A stretch of 64,000 bases of DNA, from the NCBI RefSeq assembly GCF_006345805.1, contig NC_043005.1, forward strand, positions 78,988,001 through 79,052,000, in the 5' to 3' direction. Shown here one piece after another: positions 24,250 through 36,703 of the stretch. The translations under genes were made by a program, and so were the position numbers. Every line of letters begins with the position of its first letter. The stretch's first letter is position 1. A model generated the notes under the pieces. It searched no databases. It had not been told where the DNA came from and saw nothing but the letters and a program-made list of their open reading frames with translations. This DNA comes from Octopus sinensis (taxonomy: Eukaryota).

Positions 24250-24662
24250 TAGTTATCGCCATACTAATATGGTAGTCTATAAATATAAGACTAAAGCTGT
24301 CGCTGATTAGCTCCAAGAGGCCATCGCCTCTAGCTAGCTATTTGACACAACGAACCTGCGTCCATTACAAACCTTCGAACAAGGAGGTCAGCCGCTTCAC
24401 CTTGCTAGTCAGACATCTGCAGACATGTTTCAGGGTTGTTGCCCTTTATCAATGCAGCGTAGTCAGACCCGCAGGTTACGCTACTGACCGTCTGAAACAT
24501 GTCTGCAGATGTCTGACTAGCATGGTGAAGCGGCTTACCTCCCCTGTTCGAAGGTTTGTAATGGACGCAGGTTCGTGTGTCAAATAGCTAGCCTCTTGGA
24601 GCTAATCAGCGATAGCTTTAGTCTTATATTTATAGACTACCATATTAGTATGGCGATAACTA
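24250..24662. mobile_element. non-autonomous foldback DNA element, ~180-bp TIRs, TAG...CTA termini, TTAA on both flanks
   Basis: Left arm to 24433 and right arm from 24492 are reverse complements with a handful of differences and one ~13-bp indel; TTAA at 24246-49 and 24663-66. Confidence 0.85.
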
Positions 24663-24722
24663 TTAATATCCAGTAACGCTGCCGTAATCTCCTTTAGAGA
24701 GACTTAGTAATTTTAATATTTC

Positions 24723-24767
<45 letters not shown>

Positions 24768-24964
24768 AATATTTAGAATAATTAATTCGTAGATCTCATT
24801 CGACTTTATGTTGCACCTTTATATTCTTTCGGAGTACGTGAAATTTGTAACATTTATACACATATATATATGTGAGGACAGATATGTATATAAAGAACTA
24901 ATATATGATAACTTTACTTATCAAAAAATGCCATGTAGATAAAATTGCACGCCCTGTTGTACAA

Positions 24965-25650
24965 TGTTATTCAGAGCTAACTCTAACACCTTGTGGAAAG
25001 AAGTATCGAGGCATCACACGTCATTCATTACTGACAACCGCTAAAACCATGACAGTTGCAGGAAATTTTGTATGCATAACACTTGGAACTTCAGAAGGGT
25101 CTGCACATAAACATCTCTTATTTCTTCTGTTAACTTTTTGACGTTGGTCGAAGTTTTTCTCGTTTGAGAAAAACCAATCAAATCTTGCTTCTGCTGAGTT
25201 TTTCAGTTTGTTTAAGAGCCTTTTAGATTTGATGTACTGATTTTCTTTTTCTTTTTCTGACAAATAGTCCTTTCCTTATAAGATTTATATCTGATGTCTT
25301 CGTGTAAAACATTTCTGGCTGTTCCTTCTGACACATTGAGATCTTTTGCAATTCACCTCGTGGAATTTCTGGGATTGTAATCAATGATCTGGTGGACTTG
25401 CTGGATATATTCAGGTATTCTTATGATTTCAGTGCGTTTAGAATGATTTTCATGCTTTGGTACTAGTGATACATTTCCATCTTCAATCTCTAGCACTTTA
25501 AAAACTTTGTAGACAAAAGATCTGACAACTTTTAAAAATCGAGATATTTCTAAATCACTATGCTCAGCCTTTAAAACCACAATAACAGTATGCATCTTCA
25601 TTTTTTGAGTAAGGTGCGGGTCTGCCATTATTATTTTCTGAAACAAAGTT
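24965..25650 (-). mobile_element. decayed IS630-Tc1-mariner transposase, maT/DD37D-like
   Basis: HTVIVVLKAEHSDLEISRFLKV...; WFFSNEKNFDQRQKVNRRNKRCLCADPSEVPSVMHTKFPATVMVLAVVSNE*RVMPRYFFPQG. Subfamily assignment recalled. Confidence 0.8.
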
Positions 25651-26079
25651 TATACAGAGTTAGCAAAAAATGCAGCAATGACTCAAAAGGAGTATATACT
25701 CCGCCCTTAAACTTTTATCTCCTCTTCTCTTAATATCCTATCTTATTACTATGTCACTCTTACTCCCTCACTCCTCTTCCCTTGCACAAGTGATTCTCAC
25801 GTGACCATTGACCATCTTTCTTTCTACTCCTAACTTGTGTTTCTTTCTCTCCGTTATAGCTGGACCACGGAAGACGTCTTGTCTGTCACCTGTTCAAGCT
25901 TGATTTACGCGTTCGACACCACAACCTCGTTTAGGCTTAGCAACCCTTCCTGTTTGTTTTGAATATCCTGTTTGTGTTACCAATTTTAACCCTGCGCAAA
26001 ATCCCAAATTCTTTTTACTTTGCTTTGCAGGAGCAACTGTTTTATCGAAAGCGTATATTGTTAAATGCTCGAAATACGA

Positions 26080-26240
26080 GAGTAGAGAAACAGACAACAA
26101 CTGATGAAGGGTCGTTCTTTATGTTGTTTGTCTTGTTTTCCATTTGTGTCTTTCGTTGTTCGAAAAAATAGTCCATATTCCATGTACTCGTACTTCGTAT
26201 TTTTTGTTGTACACATTTCGTGACGTCGTGTGCCCATATA
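26080..26240 (+). repeat. unclassified interspersed repeat, second copy at 50245-50405
   Basis: Shared agacaac...aactgatgaagggtc...(c/t)gtgacgtc, each adjacent to a (CA)n tract. Confidence 0.55.
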
Positions 26241-26241
26241 T

Positions 26242-26282
<41 letters not shown>

Positions 26283-26297
26283 ACACACACACACACA

Positions 26298-26338
<41 letters not shown>

Positions 26339-26589
26339 CTCTCTCTATATATATATATACGTATAGATATAAGTATGTACATATACGTATGCATATATGC
26401 ATATATATATTATTTATATTATTATATGATTGAAGGCCTCGCATCCTCTTCCAAGTAAGTTTCTTCTCTCTCTTTATATATATATATATATATAATATAT
26501 TATATATATATATATATATATAATATACATACATACATAAAGGCGGTGCTCCAGTATGGCCGCAGTCAAATGGCAACCAAGTTATAGAG

Positions 26590-26632
<43 letters not shown>

Positions 26633-26656
26633 ATACATAGCTACATAGATTGATGC

Positions 26657-26689
<33 letters not shown>

Positions 26690-27720
26690 GAGAGATAAAT
26701 AGACAGACAAACAGATAAATATATAGATATGTATATGTATATCGATAGCTATGTCTATCTATCTATCTATCTATCTTTATATATATATATATGTATATAT
26801 ATACATACATGTATATGTATGTATTTATGTATATATATATACATATATATATATATAAACATATATATATGTATATATCTCTCTCTATCTATATCTATAT
26901 CAATCTATCTATCTCTATGTATGTATATATCTATATGTATATATGTATCTTTGTGTGTGTGTATGTTTGCATGTATGTATGTATGCGCGTATGCATGTAT
27001 GTATGCGTGAATGTATACAGACATGTATGTATCCATATAGATTTTCATATGCACGAATACACATGCATATCAATTCCTACATACAATACGCTAAAAATAT
27101 CGTAACAGATAAGCACGATGTTGCTTAATAGAACCAATTTATTTTATGTACTTTTAGCATTTATTTTATGCAGCCCATCTATCAATGTTTGGTAACCATA
27201 CTTTAAAGAGAAACCTGCTCTAGGCAACTGTTCCCTATAATACCCTATTAGTGTTTTCACTGTCTCTACTATTTACTACAGCTCATGTTAAAATTACGTG
27301 ATATTTAGGCTTCTCCTACTAAAACAATAATAGCTATTTACTTTCACTGACGAACAACAGACTGAGTAAACATGGCGGAAAATACTGTCTTAATTCTTTA
27401 CTTTCTGCTGTTTTTGTTTTCGTTCCTTTTGTTCGCTTAGGTTTTCTTTTGTTTTGTGAGTTTTATGCTGTGTTCTTTCGATATATATATATATATGGTG
27501 GCTGGAGAAAAATCACAACTGTCTCTTCCCATGCTACTGTTATATCACTGTGTGTAGTTGTGTGATTTGTCTGTTGTGAGTGTCTACAAGCATAGGGACT
27601 CATAAAAGTGCGTATATCCTTGTGTGTGTGAGGATTTGATTATAAGTGCTTGAGATTGTGAGCTTAAGTGTGTAAATTATATATATATACATATGCGCAT
27701 ATCAATATATAAATACATGT

Positions 27721-27751
<31 letters not shown>

Positions 27752-27873
27752 CCTACACATGCATATGTATATACGTATGCGTATGAATATGTGTACATCA
27801 GGCTATGTATGTGCCTATGAATCGTCTATTCAAACTAAATATAGATGCACCTTTATGTCAAAATATATATAGC

Positions 27874-27926
<53 letters not shown>

Positions 27927-28200
27927 ATATAGCTATATATACATGCATATATTTGTTTAAAGATATGTGTGTACGTATCTTTACACTGTATATAAAAACA
28001 TATACATACTTACATATATATATATATATATGTGAGTGTATATATATACATATATATATAAGTATATATAAGCATATGTGCATGTATATGTATGCACGTA
28101 TGTGATTATATATATACATGTCTATGAATCTTTTTCTCTCTATTTCTCTCACACTATCTCTCTCTCTCTTTCTCTGCCTCTCTCTTTTTCTGTCTGTCTG

Positions 28201-28233
<33 letters not shown>

Positions 28234-28684
28234 CTATGTATATATATATATCATGAGCGTTCTCAGCCTTGTATTCTACTACGAATTAATATCAATATTC
28301 CACTAGCTACGGGGATTTTGTCTTTAATTGAATTATATACACTTAATATTACGCTAATAATTTTCAATTACCATTATAACTATGAATTTATTTGTCTACT
28401 CTGCTGTCTCTCTGCACCCTTATCTCTCCTTCTTTATCTTCGTTATCTCCGTCCTGGTCTGTTTCTTCCCGACCTACCCCCCAATCCTCTTTATCTGCCC
28501 TTCGTGTCCCCTAAAGCGATCATAATTTTCTTCTTTACCCGAGTCTGTTCCACAGACAATTTTTTGTACATTTATATTTCCCATGTGCAGTATTAAAAAT
28601 ATATGTGCATATTTTAAAAGGTTATTTTTCTGCAAACATATATAAATACATACTTACACACACACACACACACACACACATACA

Positions 28685-28726
<42 letters not shown>

Positions 28727-28946
28727 TTATATATAGCCATGTGTATATGTATGTATATTTATGTATGTATATGCATATATCCATACACACATGCATACAT
28801 GCATATGTATATATATTTACAGCTAGGTATATTTACATATTTTGAGATATAATTACACAAATATACTCGCACATAGACTCTCACGGGCATATATTTATAT
28901 AGGTAAATATATAGATATTAATATACATATTTGCATTTGCCAAAGG

Positions 28947-28979
<33 letters not shown>

Positions 28980-29050
28980 TACATGCATAAATGTATGTAT
29001 GTATTTATGCATGCATGTATCTCTCTCTCTCTCTCTCTGTCTCTCTCTCC

Positions 29051-29109
<59 letters not shown>

Positions 29110-29269
29110 TGGATAGATAGATACATATGTACATACATATCTATGTATGAATTCATAGAAAGAATGAATATGATTTTTCCAGCAGCCCATAGAACAAGTA
29201 ATCTGATTATACTGCTATATTTTAACTGCTTAACGATGGTCATTTCTTATGTATATATATATATATATT

Positions 29270-29750
29270 TCGTTTTGGGATTTGGTTTGCAAACTTCTTT
29301 ATGTGAGTTCGTGTGTTGGGGAATTACAACCGTGTTTCGTGGTCTGCTACCACAACAGCTCCTTCATAGGATCCAGTTAGCTCAAGACATCATCAGGAGG
29401 AACCACGTCCGGCTTCGGCCCCTACTCCTCAACCATTTTGACGTGGCGCCCCCCCCCTTTCGGAGGTTTCTTCAGCTCTGGTGTTGGGCGCATGTCTTAT
29501 TTCTTCTTCTTTCTTCTGTTCCCTGGCCTCTTCGATGTATCGTCAGCGAGTGTCAGCCGGTGACTGACTGTCTTGTCATATTTTCCCTTTAAATACCTGC
29601 TGCAAGGCTCCAGCAGGCAGCCCAGCAAGTTGTCACGTGACACTGTCTCACCTTAACTGACTAGTGAAGGCGCGTAGTTTTAGCCTGCGCTGTTTCTAAA
29701 CGACCGTCACCTGTCAGCCAGCTTGTCTCACCTAATGATGTTATGGTCAT
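29270..29750 (-). repeat. GC-richer unclassified element, LTR-like or Penelope pLTR-like
   Basis: Non-coding, GC-rich relative to flanks; palindrome tgtcacgtgaca, tatttaaa motif, degenerate hammerhead-like fold at 29319-29362. Confidence 0.3.
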
Positions 29751-29753
29751 ATT

Positions 29754-30024
29754 CTGTTGCGTCTGGGGAGAGTCATACTCCTTTAACGCGTTATAATTCA
29801 ACACACGCACCGGTAAAATTTCCACTCATTTCCTTCTTCATTTTCCTAAAATTTTCATTGCATCTGTCAACCTTTCCTATAGTTATTGACTCTCAACTAT
29901 TGAAAATGTTGCAAGACGCAACGAAATTTTAGAAAAATTAAGAACGAAATGAGTGGAATCTTGACAGGTGAGTGTGTTAAATTATAAGGCTCTAAAAGAG
30001 AATGACTCTCCCCAGACACAACAG
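29754..30024. mobile_element. 271-bp palindromic MITE, Tc1/mariner-type ends
   Basis: ctgttg(c/t)gtctggggagagtcat... at both ends; arms extend to a ~10-nt centre; TA at the right flank, TT at the left. Confidence 0.8.
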
Positions 30025-30073
30025 TACGTGTATGTATTTGTGTGTGCTTGTATACATATACATACATATATTT

Positions 30074-30120
<47 letters not shown>

Positions 30121-31499
30121 CATATACATAAATATATATACACATATGCACGTATGTATGTGTCTGATTAATCGATTGATTGATTGACTGGTCGATCGAT
30201 TGATCTCCTTCTGGTATGGTTATAAGTATTGAAATATTTTATCAACTTATCTACCGGAACGTTAAAATGGAAGGGAACTGGCTGCACATACCACACAGAA
30301 ATATATTCTTAATATAATACACAAGTGAAATAAGGTTTGACACCATGCCACAAGGATTTTCTGCTTAATTTACGGGTATAACAAAAGAATAGTTATCTTT
30401 GCGGTTTACTTCAACTCAGTTTCATTCGCAAAATTTCGAATGATCAAAGTTGAGGTTAAAAGCCATTTGCTCAGTATATCGATACAACTTGTAAGTAAAA
30501 AGGTATAATCACATGATTTTGTACACTGTGTTATTGCTATATTTTTAATAGATTTAAATGTTGATGTCTCGGAAACAAATCTCTTTAATATCGCACAATG
30601 TTTCACTCAAACTATTCCATTGCAACGTTTATATCTATTGTATTAGAATGAAGGGCGTAACAAAGTCCTCGCTGTATTTACTAAGGCCTTCTGCCATCCC
30701 AGTCATACAATTATTTAATAGAAACTTTCGTTTAGCCCTGTACTAAACACTTAGCTCTGTCTCACCTTTCTCCTATTCTGTGTTTCTCAATCTTTCTGCT
30801 CCACATACTACATAAGTTGCAAGCCTGGAATTTCGCATCCTGTCTATTACAAAATTAAACTGATTTCTTTTATTTATTTCATATTAAACTGATCTTCCAT
30901 CATTCTTTTAAAATAATCACACACGCTTTCTCATATCCAATGTCTAACTTCCTGTTCTCAACTACATAAGGAAAAGAACCATTCCATTTTCCAAACCAGG
31001 TTTAAAATTCACATATGGTTTCATGCAAATTCATTATGCTGGATTTCGTGTTATCCCCTGAATTATTCCTCACGTTCTCTTTTTTTGTGCCAATCTGTAA
31101 TAGCTTTTATTTTCATTTTTTATTTTTATTATCTCATACTTTCTAAAAATTCTTAGAATTGCATTTTTCTTCTTCACCAAAGTTAGCCAAATAATTTCTA
31201 AAACTTTTTCGAATTTCTTTCTCCATGTGTTATATGTCTTCAGGTACATTTTTTTTTCTTATAAAACGAAAATTTCTTACCCTAGGTAACGACATCTAAA
31301 TCTGTAGGAAGATAAAAAAAAAGGACAAAGCGTGAAGAACGTTGAAAAAAATATGAAAAAGCAGAAGAAAATTTAATGTTAGAACGGTAAACAAGAACCA
31401 AATTCGAGCAGAGAAATGAAACAACAACAACAATAGTTAGTGATTCTGTGTCCTTTACGTTCAAATTAATACGTTTCTTTCTTTTTTTTCCTTGAGCCT

Positions 31500-31541
31500 T
31501 ATAAATACTTTCATTATTTGGTCCAACAAAAAACATGGCGG
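31500..31541 (+). promoter_or_regulatory. candidate core promoter: TATAAATA followed by a YY1-type AACATGGCGG
   Basis: TATAAATA 31500-07, AACATGGCGG 31532-41, X-box-like CTTACC-CTA-GGTAAC 31276-90. Motif evidence only. Confidence 0.3.
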
Positions 31542-32237
31542 AAGCTGTTGTTTTGAGGCGTAATGTAAATTATCGTGTTGTCAATTGTGATATTTTTCAA
31601 ATCGGAGTTATATTTCTTGCCATTATGAATTCTATTTAGTTAAGGGAGGGATGCTAACAAATGTTAAAGCAATCTTTAAGGAGCTCTTTAATGTCTTGCG
31701 TCATATTTGGCTTCGGGGTTGGCAAACTGGTTGTCATTATTACTAACAATATGGTTATTAATAATATTACGATTTAGTATCATTAGTGTGAAGTTGTACA
31801 AGATCCGTAGAAGGGGCGTCCAAAATTCTTTGTGGTGTTCAGTAATGTTCCTTTACGTTTTGGGATCAAATCTCGCTGAGACTGATTTTAATTATAATCC
31901 TTCACTACCAGCATTTACGTTATCGAGTGTTCGTTTTCTCTAAATTCACGTGAGAAATAATACTTTTCTTATAAGAAAGAGGTGGTGATCTGAGAGTCAT
32001 TGGTAGGCAGAATCATTTGGAAGGCCGACTGATTGCCCTACCGTGTGAGGTCTGTCTCTTACATGATAATAATGATGGTGATGATGGTGATAACAATAAT
32101 AATAATTCTGATTTTAATCACAACAAAATCATCATCAACAGCAACAACAACAACTAAAACAAGATAACAATATTTCAAGTATTGTAAAAATTATGTCAGA
32201 TATTTATGTGTTTATATAATATATATATATATATATA

Positions 32238-32469
32238 TACTCTTTTTTTATGCTCTTTTTTACTTGTTTCAGTCATTTGACTGCGTCAAATCTGGAGCAC
32301 CGCCTTTAGTCGAGCAAATCGACCCAAAGACTTATTCTTTATTCTTTGTAAGCCTAGTGCTTATTCTATCGGTCTCTTTACCGAATCGCTAATTTACGGG
32401 GATGTAAACACACCACCGTCGGTTGTCAAGCGATGTTGGGTGACAAACACAGACACAAACACACACACA

Positions 32470-32524
<55 letters not shown>

Positions 32525-32679
32525 CATATATACGACGGGCTTTTTTTCAGTTTCCGTCTACCAAATCCACTCACAAGGCTTTGGTCGGTCCGAGGCTATA
32601 ATAGAAGACACTTGCTAATGGTGCCACATTGGGACTGAAACCGAAAACATGTGTTTGGTAAGCAAGCTACTCACCACAT
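32238..32679 (-). mobile_element. SINE family B, near full length, internal (CA)n/(TA)n
   Basis: Tail, internal microsatellite and tRNA-like head (gtggtgagtagcttgcttaccaaacacatg...) all present. Confidence 0.9.
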
Positions 32680-32685
32680 ATATAG

Positions 32686-33489
32686 ACAAATATTATATAA
32701 TTATAAATATAATCATAATTAGGGGTCAGCTAATTGATTCACCTCATACTGAATTTAGAAATAGGAGTTAAAAATTCCTCTTCTTCTACCGTAAGAATCT
32801 CCCAGACAGTAACACGTTTTTATGTAGGCAAAAAATTTATATTCGGAATACTGGATGGAAGCACTCCTTCGGTTACAACGATGAGGGTTCCGGTTGATCC
32901 GAATCAACGGAACAGCCTGCTCGTGAAAGTAACGTGTAACTGGCTGAGCACTCCATAGACACGTGCACCCTTAACGTAGTTCTCGGGGATATTCAGCGTG
33001 ACACAGAGAGTAACAAGGCCGGCCCCTTGAAATACAGGTACAACAGAAACAGGAAGTAAGAGTGAGAGAAAGTTGTGTGAAAGAGTACAGCAGGGATCAC
33101 CACCATCCCCTGCCGGAGCCCCGTGGAGCTTTTAGGTGTTTTCGCTCAATAAACACTCACAACGCCCGGTCTGGGAATCGAAACTGCGATCCTATGACCG
33201 CGAGTCCGCTGCCCTAACCACTGGGTCATTGCGCCTCCACTGTTCGGAATACTACACTGATGATGAGAAGTAAATAAACATACTTTAATCTCAAATCGCG
33301 TATGCGGCTAATCGGAATCGTGTGGATTCCTTATTTTTCTTTTTGCCTTCGTAAAAAGTGTGTTACTGTCTGGGAGATTCTTACGTTAGTAGAAAAGGAA
33401 TTTTTAACTCCTATTTCTAAATTCGGTATGTGGTGAAGCAATTAGCTAACCCCTAATTATAATTATGTTTATAATTATAAAATATTTGT
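32686..33489. mobile_element. MITE with ~155-bp TIRs, interrupted by a SINE
   Basis: 32686-32840 is the reverse complement of ~33330-33489 (ataattagggg...gaatttagaaataggagttaaaaattcc...gtaagaatctcccagacagtaacac). Confidence 0.85.
32853..33242 (-). mobile_element. SINE family D (tRNA-derived, RTE-like tail) with 11-bp TSD
   Basis: Head ggaggcgcaatgacccagtggttagggcagcggactcgcggtc...ggtttcgattccc; TSD ttcggaatact at 32842-52 and 33243-53. Confidence 0.9.
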
Positions 33490-33624
33490 AAAATTTTACC
33501 TATAAAGGTTATTTTAACCTACCGATCTACTTGGTAAAATTATCAATTGATTTATTGATTAATTAATTAATTTTACACTTTTATTATTATTATTATCATT
33601 ATTATTATTATTATTATTCTTATT

Positions 33625-33694
<70 letters not shown>

Positions 33695-33695
<1 letters not shown>

Positions 33696-34180
33696 TCCCT
33701 CCAGCTTCGCCGTGAGCGGTACATCATTTGTACGATGTGAAGAATATACCGCCAACTTTGCCCAAACGACCTTAACATTAGCTTCAAGGTTCATCCAAGA
33801 CTGGGACCACGGGCCATACGTCCCCAGCCCAATTCAAGATCACAACATACATGTACACTGCAACATAATTTCTTTTCCTCAACAGGCCCTGCCCTATTTA
33901 ACATTGTCCCGAGGGAGATCAAAGAGGAAAAGGATCCCATCAACTTTAAACGGAGTCTGGATAGATTCCTTCAAAGAATACCAGATAAGCCACCCATAAT
34001 TGGATACAACTCATCCAACAAGAACTCACTACTTGAACAAAACTTGATACAACTCACCCAACAAGAACTCACTACTTGAACAATACTTGACTTAAACATG
34101 ATTCGAATAATCCTATCAGGTGGTGCTATTAAGTTAGACATGGTCTGGACCAATCTTTGGTCGAAACATATCTAAGTTTA
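33695..34180 (+). mobile_element. 3' end of a second CR1/L2-group LINE subfamily
   Basis: Frameshift-corrected LQLRRERYIICT...HPRLGPRA...STGPALFNIVPREIK...FKRSLDRFLQRIPDKP parallels the C-terminus at 12503-13153; 43-bp tandem duplication 34003-34088; hairpin tail 34119-34167. Confidence 0.85.
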
Positions 34181-34590
34181 TATTGTGCAAACGTACACGT
34201 GTCTGCATTTAACCTAGGAAGCAACTTTTCTTTAAAGCTCCTTATGTTAAAGAGGCCGCTTTGTTTGTGTTTGATCATCTTTCTGTATTGTAAACGTTTT
34301 TCTTCTCAGTATCAGCTATGCTACATTTGCATTAAAAGCGTTCCTAAATCATTAAAGTCAATGTCTTGAACCTCCACAGTTAAAACATTAGAATTTACTG
34401 ATGCTAGTAATGGTGGCCATTCGCACGCTTTCCTGTATTCCACAAAGTGACATAGGAATAACTGACACAACAAATAAAATCGGATATAGAAAATATAAGA
34501 ATGCAAGTCCTGTTCGACTTTGTGATTTGCAACACTCAATACAATCTATATTCTAATGCTGCTTAGGATTTCACGACTATTAAAACATCC

Positions 34591-34623
<33 letters not shown>

Positions 34624-35099
34624 TGTATGTGAGTGTGTGTATGTATGTATGTATGTATGTATGTATGTATGTATGTATGTATGTACGTACGTATATATGT
34701 ATGTATTTATGTGTGTATTTATGTGTAAATCAATAAGGAACAAACTCATATAGTACATGAATCGATCCAAATGCTTTCGTATGCAAGGTGAAGTAATGCT
34801 TAACACCTCAGATAGGAAATATTTGTCGTAAAATCCTTTCGTAGATTAATTTTTCCTACTCTAAACAAGCCATAAGAAAGGAAATCCTGTGCGCGAAGCG
34901 AACCTAAATGCTAATTACTACATTAGTAAATCAGCTCATAGAATAATACAAGAACAAATGGACCTACGATGGTACAACAAATTCAACAACAGCCAAAATT
35001 GCACAGATACTTACGCATACAATGTATATCACACATGAATGCATGTATCTAAAGAGACAAAATATGACCAATTTCTCTCCATGGAGGGCTGTATAGCTT

Positions 35100-35378
35100 T
35101 GTTAAGCCATACATATAAATAATCAGGAACAAGAGTGTGTCAGTGTATTGTTTATTTCTCTTGAACCAGCTACACTGTGAGGGCGAGTACGATCGGCCAT
35201 TTAGGTCCTCAAACTCTCTCCTGCCTAACCGGAAGTAGTCCCTTCTCTGCGGACCAGCTCGCTAGCTAATTCACAGTGAAGGTCCCTATCTAAAGTTCTT
35301 CTGTCATGAGTCCATGGGCTGTGCCCTACAATAACAAATCATTTACATGAGAAATTACATATTCACGTCCTTATTACA
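35100..35378 (-). mobile_element. possible solo LTR
   Basis: Minus strand begins tgtaa and ends ttaaca, with aataaa about 45 nt before the end; no matching TSD found. Confidence 0.3.
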
Positions 35379-36703
35379 TGGAGAATTATCTTTACATCTG
35401 TTTCGAAGTTTCGGTTGGTGCTATAATGCATATACACGACGGGCTTGCCTACGTTTTCCACTAACTAAGTTTTACTCACAACGTATTTGTCGATCCAAGA
35501 GTTTAGTAGAAGACATTTAGCTCAACATGTCATGCCATCGACCAAGCCCGAATCTATATGCTTGAGAAGCGAATTTCAAAATCACTTAAGATGACACAAA
35601 TGCTAAGGTGTGCCGACCCAAGTCAGCGTCCATTTCTTTCGCTATAAACTTCAATCACGTAGTAATGGGATACTTGCTCGCATGGGCAACTGCCAAACTT
35701 CAACAAAGAATCATGCCAGTCCTGTGCAGATGCAAGCTCAATCCTGACCTACAAGACCCATAACCAATTATACTTTAAATAATGTTTTGTAATGTTGTTT
35801 GACCTTAGGGTGGTGGATTAACAAAGTCGTGAGAATGTAGAATAAAATATCTTGTAATATTTGTTCCAAATCTTTACTTTATGTATTCAAGTTCCACTGA
35901 GATTATCTTTGTCTTTGTCGTGGAGTCGATTACATAAAGTACCAGTGAAGTACGAGGATCAGCTGCATGCCCTTGCTCTTCAAAGTTGCTTATCTTCTGC
36001 TTATATTAAATTACGTTATTGTAGTGCCCTAGATAAGTTCCGATTGTGCAAGTGCGTTGGCATAACTACACAAGCGAGCTCCACCGCATTTGAATTTCCT
36101 CATAATTTGAAGAAAAATTGAGATTTCTGAATGAAATTGTTTATAAACACGCTTCACATGTAGATTCCTTATTACAACGGAATTTAATATGAAAATAAAA
36201 AATAACAAATAGAAATTGTTGGGGCCGCAAACATGTATATACCTACGCAGAAAATCTTGAAATTTAGAAAAAAAATAATGTATGCTTGTATGTATGCTTG
36301 TATGTATGTATGTATGTATGTATGATGTATGTATGTATGTATGTATGTATGCATGGACGGATGCATGTATGTATGTATGCATGGATGGATGCATGTATGT
36401 ATGTACGTGTGCCAAACAGTTATATTTTTCAGCTTATTTTGCTGGAAGTTATGATGAAAGAAATTGGTCGGTGAAAAGGGTACACCTGTGTAGGAATGCC
36501 AATGTATTTCTCGGTGTTTCTCGTAGTGGTATCGCAACTATTATAAGAACTTTCTACTTTATTAAACCTAACTATATCACATTTCGTTTCTTCGTTCAGA
36601 AGAGAATATGAATGCAATTCTGGACATAATTTCCAGCAGTTCATCCTTATCCACAAAGATTCCGCTTTGCTATTACTGCAATACTAGTTGATAGTAAAGC
36701 ACT

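Noticed and set aside
26098-26115. CTGATGAAGGG hammerhead core (also at ~50270)
   Set aside because: No complementary stem II or correctly placed GAAA downstream in either copy.
33150-33240. tRNA gene (also the heads at 11347, 38020, 43580, 48350)
   Set aside because: A/B-box-like heads continue into SINE bodies and lack a complete acceptor stem; these are SINEs.
34330-34470. FVEYRKACE as an RT motif or VEVQDIDFND as a cadherin motif
   Set aside because: Isolated short resemblance with no neighbouring motifs in any frame.
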